Below are positions 20,062 through 29,740 of a DNA stretch of 64,000 bases, in pieces. Within the stretch, counting starts at the first letter, position 1, and each line of letters starts with the position of its first letter. Made by a program: the position numbers and the translations under genes. The notes below the pieces were generated by a model, which worked only from the letters and a program-made list of their open reading frames with translations, searched no databases and was not told where the DNA came from. Location of the stretch: the NCBI GenBank assembly GCA_963700985.1, contig OY969554.1, positions 64,001-128,000 of the forward strand, read 5' to 3'. The DNA comes from an uncultured Chlamydiales bacterium. GTDB taxonomy: Bacteria > Chlamydiota > Chlamydiia > Chlamydiales > Rhabdochlamydiaceae.

Positions 20062-20412
20062 ATGACAGATTTACCTAAATGCGCCAAATGCAGTTCTGAA
20101 CACACATACGAAGATGGAGTTTTGTATATTTGTCCAGAATGTGGTCATGAATGGGCTATCCATGCTGAGAAGGAAGGTGAGACGGCGCAGCCTGTTGTAA
20201 GGGATGCGTATGGAAACATTCTCCAGGACGGTGATAGTGTGACGATTATCAAAGATGTAAAGGTCAAAGGATCGTCATCGGCTTTAAAAGTCGGTGTAAA
20301 AGTGAAAAATATTCGTCTGGTGGATGAGGTCAACGGCCACAACATCGAAGCGAAGATTCCTGGATTCGGTACGATGATGCTCAAATCTGAGATTGTTAAG
20401 AAAAGCAATTAG
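20062..20412 (+). CDS. PhnA/YjdM zinc-ribbon protein
   Basis: [39 protein letters not shown]. Confidence 0.92.
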   Translation: MTDLPKCAKCSSEHTYEDGVLYICPECGHEWAIHAEKEGETAQPVVRDAYGNILQDGDSVTIIKDVKVKGSSSALKVGVKVKNIRLVDEVNGHNIEAKIPGFGTMMLKSEIVKKSN

Positions 20413-20517
20413 CCAGCTTTTTAAACTTGGATTGGTTTTCTATTGGAGAATGTTTTTGAATTTTTAGAGGAGGCCCTTATTAGATTATCCGGAATTCCTG
20501 AATCTCTCTTTTAGGGT

Positions 20518-20547
20518 TGGAGGTAGAGAGCTGTATTTGGAACTCTT
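20518..20547 (+). repeat. Degenerate att-like scar
   Basis: TGGAGGTAGAGAG-CTGTATTTGGAACT aligns without gaps to the 20862 copy. Confidence 0.6.
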
Positions 20548-20798
20548 TTTGGAGTGCGTGCGACTTGTCGCCGCTTTCGTAGACATCGACTTGTCGATGC
20601 TCTAAAAATCATCTCGAATTCTAATGGAATCAATGTTTAAGCTCGTCACAGTCTCATAATGGGCTTTTGAGGTGTGCGTTTCAAACCAAATTGCAGAACA
20701 CCACTTGTATTGATTTGAGCTCGTAACAAGCTTATTAAAGAGGGCATCGACAAGTCGATGTCTACCAAGGCGCTGACAAGTCAGCGCACTCCAAAAAA
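20546..20798. mobile_element. REPIN-like element: inverted REP doublets around a RAYT (TnpA-REP) 3' remnant
   Basis: Inverted REP doublets 20546-20600 and 20742-20798; internal minus frame KLVTSSNQYKWCSAIWFE...DSIRIRDDF* resembles a RAYT/Y1 C-terminus. Confidence 0.75.
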
Positions 20799-20825
20799 GA
20801 TAACTTTGAAATAGAGTTTTGTTAA

Positions 20826-20891
20826 AAAGAAAAAGCCGGGAAGTTATCCTGGCCTTAGTATTGGAGGTGGAGAGACACATTCAGAACTTTT
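20826..20891. repeat. Displaced tmRNA terminator plus 3' end plus foreign arm (best att scar)
   Basis: AAAAGCCGGG..CCTGGCCTT..TATTGGAGGTGGAGAGA|CACATTCAGAACTTTT; TATTGGAGGTGGAGAGA (17 nt) is identical to 21764-21780. Confidence 0.85.
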
Positions 20892-20928
20892 AACCGGAGG
20901 TCAATCTCTGGTAAGTTCCGAATAACTC

Positions 20929-21384
20929 TTAGTGAAGGGCGGCCCTATTTCCAGCGAAAGCCTTTACTGTTCGTATAAAAATTTCCTGGCTTTTGAGCAT
21001 TTCGATAAACTTGTCCTTTTCCTGCATGTTAGATTCAGTTAAATATCCGAAGATTATTTTCTTTCGCTCGCCGGTGTTTAAATTGGGAAACGAAAACGTG
21101 TGATACTGGCTCCTTACATACATCTTGAACTCATGAGCTACTTTCAACTGCTCTTCCTGATCGATTGCATAGGACATCACAACGGAAGTGCAATCTGTGC
21201 TTAAATAGGGCAAAACCGATGTTTGCATCCCTTCTCTATAGGTTCGAGAATTTACCACGTGAGTTATAGCAGTCGCTGCGTCATTTACCTCGATTTTGGT
21301 AGGTTCTATGTAAGTCTTCACGCCCCAGAGATCGATCATAGGCAGGATTTCTTTCGGTTCCATTGCTTTTGGTATTGCTGTCAT
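20929..21384 (-). CDS. Hypothetical protein
   Basis: 151-aa ORF with AGAGAG upstream. Confidence 0.6.
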   Translation of the reverse strand: MTAIPKAMEPKEILPMIDLWGVKTYIEPTKIEVNDAATAITHVVNSRTYREGMQTSVLPYLSTDCTSVVMSYAIDQEEQLKVAHEFKMYVRSQYHTFSFPNLNTGERKKIIFGYLTESNMQEKDKFIEMLKSQEIFIRTVKAFAGNRAALH

Positions 21385-21498
21385 AAACTCTCTTTATAAG
21401 AATCTTAATTATTGTTTTTTTATTCAAAAAATGTATAAAACATGAGAAAATTTTACTGTTTTTTTGATTATTTTGCCATAAAAAGAACCTATCTAACT

Positions 21499-21732
21499 AA
21501 AAAGGCCAGGTTTTACCTGACCAAAATGGAGTTGGGGAGAAGCCCTCGCGCTAAGGGCGATGCCCCTAGTCTACCGGGCCGGCTGCGGAATCACGGAGAA
21601 GGTCCAGTGGACCTTCGAAGTGCGGAGCAGGTGAGCCATTTATGGCGAACCGGGCTCGGTTGCACAGTGTGCAACAAACGAGTTCAACTCGATTCTCTCA
21701 CGCAAGGCAAACTGTTGCCTTGCTCACCTCCA
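21499..21732. other. Hairpin-rich non-coding element bounded by inverted tmRNA-3'-end copies
   Basis: Terminator copy plus TGGAGTTGGGGAGA at left; GATTCTCTC..CACCTCCA at right; six internal short palindromes. Confidence 0.6.
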
Positions 21733-21734
21733 AT

Positions 21735-21764
21735 AAAAAAGGCCAGGTTTTAAAACCTGGCCTT
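21735..21764 (-). terminator. tmRNA intrinsic terminator
   Basis: AAGGCCAGGTTT-TA-AAACCTGGCCTT with a U-tract on the minus strand. Confidence 0.85.
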
Positions 21765-21766
21765 AT

Positions 21767-22139
21767 TGGAGGTGGAGAGAATCGAACTCTCGTCCTTAGC
21801 AAACTCCCTATTAATGCCTACATGCTTAGTGTCTTTATTGTTACGTCGGCCCTGCTGAAGGACACCACACTAGAGACCAACGCTCTTCTTCTTATCTCGA
21901 ATTCTCCCTCGAAGAAGGGAAGAAGTTAGGAGATTCATACCAAGGTTGATGACGATAGTTACTAACGCTCTTGGTCAGGCCTTAGGCTATCGAGAGCTAA
22001 AAACGGTTAGGTTCTTAAGCTGCTAATAAGCACTCTTCAGTGTTATCAATTCTTGTTTTACCGGATGATTAAGGAGGCCAACCGATATCCTCCGCATGCC
22101 ACTAATACTTTGTTCCCAAGTCGAAACCTTTACACCCCC
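21767..22139 (-). ncRNA. ssrA: tmRNA; tag (A)DNTEECLLAA
   Basis: 5' GGGGGTGTAAAGGTTTCGAC, 3' GAGAGTTCGATTCTCTCCACCTCCA; internal tag frame ending LLAA-TAA. Confidence 0.97.
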
Positions 22140-22333
22140 GTAATCATAATAACAAAAGTTCTAATAAACCACGAGGGGCTTGTTAAAACCGATTTTAATC
22201 AACGCAAGTTGTTTGTAATTAACTACTTGTGTGAAATCATCAGGAATTCTTTAATATATCGTTCTACTTTCAAAAGAAGTATAATTTTTGCATGACTTTA
22301 TGACTATATAAACAGCAATAAGAGGAATAAATC

Positions 22334-23038
22334 ATGTCAATTAATCTTGGAGATGCAGTGCGCGATGCGCGTGCGCGTAGACAGGCAGAAGATGTAGAGG
22401 GGCCGAGACTTCCTCAAGCACGGCCCGCACATCAAGGGCCACGGGTCATGGGCATGGGCGATCTACCTCCACAAGGAGAACAAGCAAGGCCTCCACTCGA
22501 TGCTGCGGAAATGCAGCAATTGTTCGGCAGATTGGGATTGGGTGCGGGTCCAGCTTTTGGAGGGCAAGACGACGGATTTGATGGTGCTGGAGGACCTAAT
22601 CTACCAGGTCTGCAACCTCTGTTTAACAGGATAAACAGGGCTCAAGCCTTGCTCTTTTCTGGGCCGATCATGACATTGACTTCTTTATTAATGCGAAATT
22701 CGCCCTTTATCAATCCGATTACACTTGAGTGCACTGAAGGGGTGGCAGGCAAGATCATGCCGCGTATCAACTTTTTGGAAGCTTCACTGCATAATCTAGC
22801 TTCTGTAGTTTGTCATCTCTGTTTGTCACTGCTCGCTATTTTGGCAGTGGTATTCACGCTGGGTCAAATTGCAGAGGTGCGAAAGTATTGCAAACTTGAG
22901 CTTGTGCTAACAGCAGCATCTTTTTGTGCAATAGCTCCCACAACATTTGGGGTCTTGGCTCCTGGGTTTGGTACAGCTTCTGTGCAGGGGCATATACAGC
23001 TATTTATGCAAGAAGGCGTTGTGAATTTCATCCAATAA
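22334..23038 (+). CDS. Inc-like membrane protein
   Basis: Disordered N-terminus, two long hydrophobic hairpins; shares RI(N/D)FL.A with next gene. Confidence 0.6.
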   Translation: MSINLGDAVRDARARRQAEDVEGPRLPQARPAHQGPRVMGMGDLPPQGEQARPPLDAAEMQQLFGRLGLGAGPAFGGQDDGFDGAGGPNLPGLQPLFNRINRAQALLFSGPIMTLTSLLMRNSPFINPITLECTEGVAGKIMPRINFLEASLHNLASVVCHLCLSLLAILAVVFTLGQIAEVRKYCKLELVLTAASFCAIAPTTFGVLAPGFGTASVQGHIQLFMQEGVVNFIQ

Positions 23039-23072
23039 ATCTATACTATCTAGATTTAATTGGAGAGTTAAG

Positions 23073-23636
23073 ATGTCAGGCGATGTAACGAGTATCTCAG
23101 ATAAGCTCGGCGACATGTATGACAAGCTCAGTAGTCATGCAAAAAAAGTGAAAGACAAGGTAGGCGGAATAGCTGCTAATGTAGCCGCTGATGTAAATGT
23201 CTACTTTGTTTTAAAGCGTCTTATACCAAAATGCGCGGCCATGAATGTAGTCACAGCCGTGGCTAAGAGTCATAAAGCTTTTATTATATCCAAAGAACCT
23301 TATACCACAGACCATCCTGAAGAAGAGTTTACTTCACGCATCGATTTTCTCGGTGCCATGGTGGTTGCTCTTGCCTGCTCGGTTTATAACTTTATGATTT
23401 CGGTGGGCTTTGCAATTGCTTTTCTCGTCACGTGCGGGTGCTCTGCCCGTTTGAATTTTGTGTTGAGAGAATTTTTAGTCATTACAGGCCTTTCGATTGT
23501 CAGTGTGGGTGTAGGCTTTGCAGGCGCGCTTTATCCGGTTTGGGGCGCTCAACTTCTACAAGAACTTGAGGAGTCTGGAGCTCGAAATGCGCGCGGCATT
23601 GTCGATTTCTTAGATGAGCCACCTGTTAGTCATTAA
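23073..23636 (+). CDS. Inc-like membrane protein (paralog of previous)
   Basis: SRIDFLGA followed by bilobed hydrophobic segments. Confidence 0.6.
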   Translation: MSGDVTSISDKLGDMYDKLSSHAKKVKDKVGGIAANVAADVNVYFVLKRLIPKCAAMNVVTAVAKSHKAFIISKEPYTTDHPEEEFTSRIDFLGAMVVALACSVYNFMISVGFAIAFLVTCGCSARLNFVLREFLVITGLSIVSVGVGFAGALYPVWGAQLLQELEESGARNARGIVDFLDEPPVSH

Positions 23637-23665
23637 TAGCCTAAAACTCTAAAGATCAGCTATGA

Positions 23666-26600
23666 TTGGCTAATCTTATGTTTGAAACTGAAACCAACGA
23701 AACCTTTCCAGGTAGAGAAGAGCAGATCTTAGATTTCTGGAGGCGCGAGAAGATCTTTGAAAGATCGGTCTCTGAGCGTCAGGATGCTCCTCTTTTCTCT
23801 TTCTACGACGGCCCGCCTTTTGCAACGGGCTTGCCGCACTATGGCCATATTCTGGCTGGAACAATCAAAGATGTCGTTTTGCGCTACTGGACCATGAAAG
23901 GGTTTTATGTGCCTAGGCGGTTTGGTTGGGATTGTCATGGGTTGCCGGTTGAAAACGAAATTGAAAAAACGAAAGAGCTCTCGGGTGCATCAGCCATCGA
24001 AAACTTCGGTGTGGCTGCTTTCAATGAAGAGTGCCGCAAGATTGTGCTGCGCTATACCAAAGAGTGGGAGCGCACAGTTGAGCGCATGGGTCGCTGGGTG
24101 GACTTTCCCAATACCTACCGCACGATGGACACTCCCTATATGGAATCGGTCTGGTGGGTCTTTGCACAACTCTATGCCAAAAATCTAGTTTACGAAGGCT
24201 TCAAGGTGATGCCTTTTTCTACCAAGCTCGGCACACCGATCTCCAATTTTGAAGCTAATCTGAATTATCGCGAAGTAGATGATCCATCTCTCACTTTGCA
24301 GTTCGCATTGAAAGAAGAGCCTGAAATCAAGTTGCTCGTGTGGACAACGACTCCTTGGACGCTACCGATGAACTTAGCGCTAGTGGTGCGCGGAGATCTC
24401 GATTACGTAAAAATCAAAGAGCTCAAAAGTGGCAGTATCTACATCTTGGCCAAGTCGCGTCTTTCTGAGTATTTCAAAGATCCACAAGAGATCCAAGTTC
24501 TTGAGACTTTTAAGGGCACATCTTTAGCTGGTAAGCCCTACATTCCTCTTTTTGCCTATTTTGATAATAAGACCGATCCAAAAGCATTCCATATTCTCGT
24601 CGATGATTGCGTGTCGAGCGAAGATGGAACGGGCGTTTTGCATGCAGCTCCGGCATTTGGTGAGGCGGACTTTTTCGTCTGCGCACGCGAAGGTATTCAG
24701 GTGGTTTGTCCAGTGGATCACAACGGCAGATACACACGCGAAGTGCCAGATTACGAAGGCCTTTATGTAAAAGATGCCGACAAAGAGATCATCAAGCGCC
24801 TTAAGCAAGAGAAGAAAGTTTTCCATCATAGCCAGATCCGCCATCGCTATCCCTTCTGCTGGCGCTCAGACACGCCGCTAATTTACAAAGCTGTTAGAAC
24901 CTGGTTTGTTGCGGTTGAAAAGCTCAAAGATAAACTAATCGTAAACAACGAATTGATCCATTGGGTGCCTGAGCACATCAAAGAAGGCCGCTTTGGCAAA
25001 TGGCTTGAGAATGCACGTGACTGGGCTGTTTCGCGTAATCGCTATTGGGGCACACCTATTCCGATCTGGCGCAACGATCAAGGCGATTGCATTGTCATCT
25101 CAAGCAAACAAGAATTAGAAGAGCGTACGGGCCGAAAACTAGACGATTTGCACCGCCATTACATCGATGATCTGACATTTGAAGAGAATGGAAAAACTTT
25201 CAAAAGAATTTCCGAAGTGTTCGACTGCTGGTTTGAATCGGGTTCTATGCCTTACGCACAGAATCATTTTCCGTTTGAACATCAAGAAGCTGTCTTAGAT
25301 GGTTTTCCAGCCGATTTTATCGCTGAAGGTCTCGATCAAACGCGCGGCTGGTTCTACACGCTGAATGTGCTTTCAACGGCGCTATTTAATAAGCCTGCGT
25401 TTAAAAATGTGATCGTCAACGGCATCTTGCTGGCTGAAGATGGCAATAAGATGTCGAAGCGTTTAAAAAATTATCCAGAGCCTGATCTCATTATGAATCA
25501 GTATGGCGCCGATGCGATGCGCCTATATCTGCTCAATAGTCCGGCAGTAACTGGTGAAGATTTGCGTTTTTCAGAAAGGGGAGTGGAGCTGGTGATGCGC
25601 CAGGTGCTCATCCCTCTTTGGAACTCGTATCACTTTCTAGCGACCTATGCGCAGATCTATGCGTGGAAACCTCAAAGTGAGATGTCTTTCCAACCTCAAG
25701 CGGATATCGATCGCTGGATCTTATCTCTTTTGCAGAGCTTAGTGGCAGAAGTTACCGCTGGAATGGATGAATATATGTTAGGCAAAGGAGTTCAACCCTT
25801 TGTACAATTTATTGAGCAGCTCACTAACTGGTATATCCGCAGATCACGTCCACGTTTCTGGGCCGATGAAGCCTCGCAAGATCGCGCTGAAGCTTTTGAA
25901 ACGCTCTACCGCGTGCTGCTCACCGTGTCTAAGATTGCAGCACCGTTTGTGCCTTTCCTAAGTGAAGCCATTTACATGCGCCTGCGTCAAGAAAAAGCGC
26001 CGCTTTCTGTGCATCTCTGTGACTTTCCGAAGTATGATGGCAAGCTGCGTAATGAATCTTTAGAAAAAGAGATGGCCTCGGTGCAAACCGTGGTAAGTTC
26101 TGGTCATGCGCTGCGCAAAGAACATAAGCTCAAAGTAAGGCAGCCACTGCCTAAGGCGCACGTCATCTGTCGTGATCAGAGCATCCTATCTGCGCTTCAA
26201 AGACAAGAGGGGCTCATTGCCGATGAATTAAACGTAAAAGAAGTAGCCTTCCTGCAAGATGAGACATCGTTTGTGGCGCTTCATGCTAAACCAAATTTCC
26301 GTGTGCTTGGCAAGAAAGTGGGCCCGCTTATGCGCGATGTGCAAAAGGCAGTCGAGAAATTTGATCAGCATGCGCTGCACACATTGTTTGAAGGAAAGTC
26401 TGTTTCGATTGAGCTAGAAGGTCAAAAAATCGAACTTACGCCCGAAGATATTACCGTTGAGCGCAAAGTGCGTGAGGGGCTGGTTGCCTTAACAGGCGAG
26501 GGGATCACCGTTGCACTAGACACAACACTTTCAGAGTCTCTGCTAATCGAAGGTCTAGCGCGTGAGCTCATCAGCAAAATCAATACGATGCGTCGCGATG

Positions 26601-26791
26601 AAGGTTATGCCGTGAGTGATCGCATTGAAGTAAAATTGCAGACGACTGAGCGCGTGAAAGCATGCTTTGAACAGCATCGCGATACGATCATGCATGAAGT
26701 TCTAGCTACTGAAGTTCTCTTTGCTGAATGTGAAGGCACCGCCTGGGACCTCAACGGCGAGCAGACAATCATTCTTCTTCAGAAAATCTAA
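23666..26791 (+). CDS. ileS: Isoleucine--tRNA ligase (IleRS2 type)
   Basis: DGPPFATGLPHYGH, GWDCHGLP, WTTTPWTLP, KMSKR. Confidence 0.98.
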   Translation: MANLMFETETNETFPGREEQILDFWRREKIFERSVSERQDAPLFSFYDGPPFATGLPHYGHILAGTIKDVVLRYWTMKGFYVPRRFGWDCHGLPVENEIEKTKELSGASAIENFGVAAFNEECRKIVLRYTKEWERTVERMGRWVDFPNTYRTMDTPYMESVWWVFAQLYAKNLVYEGFKVMPFSTKLGTPISNFEANLNYREVDDPSLTLQFALKEEPEIKLLVWTTTPWTLPMNLALVVRGDLDYVKIKELKSGSIYILAKSRLSEYFKDPQEIQVLETFKGTSLAGKPYIPLFAYFDNKTDPKAFHILVDDCVSSEDGTGVLHAAPAFGEADFFVCAREGIQVVCPVDHNGRYTREVPDYEGLYVKDADKEIIKRLKQEKKVFHHSQIRHRYPFCWRSDTPLIYKAVRTWFVAVEKLKDKLIVNNELIHWVPEHIKEGRFGKWLENARDWAVSRNRYWGTPIPIWRNDQGDCIVISSKQELEERTGRKLDDLHRHYIDDLTFEENGKTFKRISEVFDCWFESGSMPYAQNHFPFEHQEAVLDGFPADFIAEGLDQTRGWFYTLNVLSTALFNKPAFKNVIVNGILLAEDGNKMSKRLKNYPEPDLIMNQYGADAMRLYLLNSPAVTGEDLRFSERGVELVMRQVLIPLWNSYHFLATYAQIYAWKPQSEMSFQPQADIDRWILSLLQSLVAEVTAGMDEYMLGKGVQPFVQFIEQLTNWYIRRSRPRFWADEASQDRAEAFETLYRVLLTVSKIAAPFVPFLSEAIYMRLRQEKAPLSVHLCDFPKYDGKLRNESLEKEMASVQTVVSSGHALRKEHKLKVRQPLPKAHVICRDQSILSALQRQEGLIADELNVKEVAFLQDETSFVALHAKPNFRVLGKKVGPLMRDVQKAVEKFDQHALHTLFEGKSVSIELEGQKIELTPEDITVERKVREGLVALTGEGITVALDTTLSESLLIEGLARELISKINTMRRDEGYAVSDRIEVKLQTTERVKACFEQHRDTIMHEVLATEVLFAECEGTAWDLNGEQTIILLQKI

Positions 26792-26820
26792 TCTCAAAAT
26801 TTTCTTAGGATTTCAATTTT

Positions 26821-28701
26821 TTAGAATTTTAAGGGCAGTTTGTTTCTGCGATAATGCACAAACGACCAGCCGCCGATAAGTAATCCAGCAGTAATCCAGA
26901 CTAATGATCTTGGCAGATTGAAGAATGGGTAGGGCGGTTGATTGGGGTGTCCCCAACGTTCGCCTGGTGGCCAGAAGATAAAGCGCGGCCCGCCGCGTAG
27001 ATTGCCCTGAGGAACGAAGCCAAAGTCGCGGCTATCGGCACTCATGGCATGGTTATCACCAAGTGCGAGATAACTTTGAGGTGGGATAGTTAGCCCATAT
27101 TTAGCCACAAAAGCTGTATCGAGCGTGCCATTTTCTTTGAGAGGTGGCCCTACGTCGGCAAAGGGTTGATAAGAAGGGTTGGTAGTTTTTTTCTGCTGCT
27201 CGCGCGCATGGAAATCAAGAATCACAGAATCTTCTTTTTTTAAGACAGGTGCGCCAAGCAGATAGAGATCGCCGTCGCAGAAATAGGCATACCGCGAAGG
27301 CAGCCAGCGTTGCTGTTTAGTTTGTGGAGCAAAGTGGAGATCAAATTCTATGCCTACGTTGTATAGAAGTTGCACCCGATCTGCGCTGAAGAGATAGAGG
27401 GGATGAGAATCTGGAAGCTCTTCGGCGATGCCTTGCCACTTAATCTGATAGGCTTTGCCAAAATAAAATTCATAACAGCCATCTGGCACGCCCGGTAGCT
27501 TAGGAAGAAAGGCGTTATTCTCGATGTTTTTTGTATTGTGACCGTAGCGCATCGCTTTTCCATCTTTAACCACAAAGCGTGCTGTATACATTTGCTTGAA
27601 CAGCATGCGTAGATGCGCTTCGTCTAGAGGAATTAGCGAAGTGCTCAATTCTAAAAGAGGACGAATACGGCCATACTCATCGCGGCCAATGGTGAGGTTT
27701 TGCAAAGAGGGGTGATGCTTCAGCTCGAGATAGAGCATGCCATCTTTGAGATCAGCCAGAGGCTGGTCAGTAAATTGAACAACCTGCTCTTTAGTTAAAA
27801 GGCGTCCCATGGCGTAGTTTTTAAAGCCCCAGAGATCTCCATACTCAGACACAGGCGCCTTTGCTAACTGATCAGACGAAGGGGAGAGCATCTCGCCGCG
27901 TGGCTGGGTAGCGCCGGTGATAAAGAGGCGTGCGACGGGCTCATTCATCTGGTGCAAAATAACGGGAGTATAGATGCCTTGCAAGGGAGCGCGAGAAGTT
28001 GTGACTTTGCCTTCGAAGTGCAAGAAAGGAATGTGCTCGATGCGTGCGAGTTCAGGCCTTTGAAGTTCGTGTGAGATATCTGCACCTTTCTTATCCATGC
28101 CATAGAGCTTGCCGCCATAAAAATAGAGCGTATCGCCCGGTTTTCCCATCAAGCGTTTGATATACTGCTTCTTGCCAGGAAAGAGGTAAAAATAGAGCGT
28201 ATCGACATCGCGGATGTCCATATCTTCGCCAGTAAAGATAAAGATGCTACTGCGCTGCACAAGGTCAGGATCAAAATAGATATGTTTGGTGGTCAGCGGT
28301 AGATTGATGCCAAAAGTGGTTTTGGAAACGATCAAGCGATCCTGTTCTTTGAGCGTAGGACGCATTGAGCCCGTAGGGATCTCATAGAATTCAAACCAGA
28401 GCTGACGCACAAGAATAGCCACAACCAAGGCAAATCCAAGTGCAAAAACCAGATCTCTCGCTTGATCGAAAGAACTTTTTTTCAAATGCTCTTTAGCCAG
28501 GATCTGAACGTGTAGAGCTAGCGCATGTGCTTCAACACGATCTTTCTGCAGAATCTTTTCTTGCAGCTCAAGTAGAGCTTTTTCCAATTGATCTGCAACA
28601 GAAGGGGATAAACGAGTGCGCTTACGCTTAAAGAGATGATAGGTGTGGCGTAAAACGATTTTAGACTTGCGTAGCGAAGATGTTTGAGAGAAAAGCGCCA
28701 T
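26821..28701 (-). CDS. lepB: Signal peptidase I (long chlamydial form)
   Basis: IPTGSMRPTL (Ser), YIKRLMGKPGD (Lys), GDNHAMSADSRDFG. Confidence 0.96.
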   Translation of the reverse strand: MALFSQTSSLRKSKIVLRHTYHLFKRKRTRLSPSVADQLEKALLELQEKILQKDRVEAHALALHVQILAKEHLKKSSFDQARDLVFALGFALVVAILVRQLWFEFYEIPTGSMRPTLKEQDRLIVSKTTFGINLPLTTKHIYFDPDLVQRSSIFIFTGEDMDIRDVDTLYFYLFPGKKQYIKRLMGKPGDTLYFYGGKLYGMDKKGADISHELQRPELARIEHIPFLHFEGKVTTSRAPLQGIYTPVILHQMNEPVARLFITGATQPRGEMLSPSSDQLAKAPVSEYGDLWGFKNYAMGRLLTKEQVVQFTDQPLADLKDGMLYLELKHHPSLQNLTIGRDEYGRIRPLLELSTSLIPLDEAHLRMLFKQMYTARFVVKDGKAMRYGHNTKNIENNAFLPKLPGVPDGCYEFYFGKAYQIKWQGIAEELPDSHPLYLFSADRVQLLYNVGIEFDLHFAPQTKQQRWLPSRYAYFCDGDLYLLGAPVLKKEDSVILDFHAREQQKKTTNPSYQPFADVGPPLKENGTLDTAFVAKYGLTIPPQSYLALGDNHAMSADSRDFGFVPQGNLRGGPRFIFWPPGERWGHPNQPPYPFFNLPRSLVWITAGLLIGGWSFVHYRRNKLPLKF

Positions 28702-28844
28702 GATTACTTAAGTTTTTAAAGTTGTACAGTCTAAGTGATTCCAAGACATTTGACAAGCTATTGAACCTATTTCACTAAATTCTCACTAGGTCTTGTGGAA
28801 TAGATTCGTGCATTTTTTTAGAGAAAAAGCTCAAAAAAAGCGAT

Positions 28845-29381
28845 TTACGAATTAGGAACTAAACAGTGCAAAAGCAGATCCTTTACGATGTCATGAGTCG
28901 CCACCGTGAGTACACGTTGTGCAAGCACCGAGTCTGATGTGCACTTTTCCCCAATTATGGATAATACTTCAGCATTAAGTTCTGCTTTTGTCTTTGAAGA
29001 GTTAGCTAAAAATTTTGCCAGTTTAACTTGCTGCTCTATCGAGGGAACTACCTTACTAAGTTGCTTTAGAAGAACCTCTTCAGAGGGAAATTGAAATTTA
29101 GCATTATCAATTTGCGATGTAGAAAAATAGCGCTCAACACTTTTTAGTGCAGGCATACTGAGTGCTGTTCTGGATTTATCAGAAGATGCTTCTAAGAGAA
29201 TAGATCTCCCTTTATTAAGTAAATGCTTGCTCTGTGAAAAAGGACGAAAAGCAATTGTTTGGCATCCGAAATTTAGAGAAAATGACCGATTAAACGACAT
29301 TGTTGATTTTTTAAATAATGGCGCCTCTTTAAAAAGGTGAGTCCACGTACTGCAAGCTGCTCTTGATAATGATACTGTCAT
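28845..29381 (-). CDS. Hypothetical protein, candidate mitochondria-targeted effector
   Basis: N-terminal half rich in S/R/K/F with RSFS, RPFS and RYFST. Confidence 0.6.
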   Translation of the reverse strand: MTVSLSRAACSTWTHLFKEAPLFKKSTMSFNRSFSLNFGCQTIAFRPFSQSKHLLNKGRSILLEASSDKSRTALSMPALKSVERYFSTSQIDNAKFQFPSEEVLLKQLSKVVPSIEQQVKLAKFLANSSKTKAELNAEVLSIIGEKCTSDSVLAQRVLTVATHDIVKDLLLHCLVPNS

Positions 29382-29740
29382 AAGAACCCCCTTTTTTTGT
29401 CTGGTGCATTTAAAAACTAACTAAAGAAAAACGCTGTCATTTTAGTTAGTATAAATAATTAGTGAGTTCAGTAGTTTAGGTGGAATTTTGTTTTTTCGAC
29501 TAGTCAAAATATTGAAGGTCTAGTTTGTAGACATCCTCTAAGATTTTTTAAGTTCTGTGGAAAGGTTGTTGATAACTTCTGCTCTAGGAGAGGGGGATGT
29601 GATTATTAAGAAAAAGCAAAGCGAATTGTAAAAAGAAAATTAAGATAATTATCTTATTGATAGTGAATGCTTTAAGTTGTTTTGTCTATGGGCCTAGAGG
29701 AACTGCTTCTGGAGCGTGGGCCAAGATAGGGAAAACCTGT

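Noticed and set aside
2641-20798. CRISPR array
   Set aside because: The repeats are dispersed hairpin doublets without regular spacers, and there are no cas genes.
20602-20880. 92-aa ORF as an intact gene
   Set aside because: Chimeric reading through an att scar and a REP; only the last ~43 aa look like a RAYT remnant.
21442-22295. ORFs of 103, 95 and 80 aa
   Set aside because: They overlap the tmRNA and the structured element; no protein motifs.
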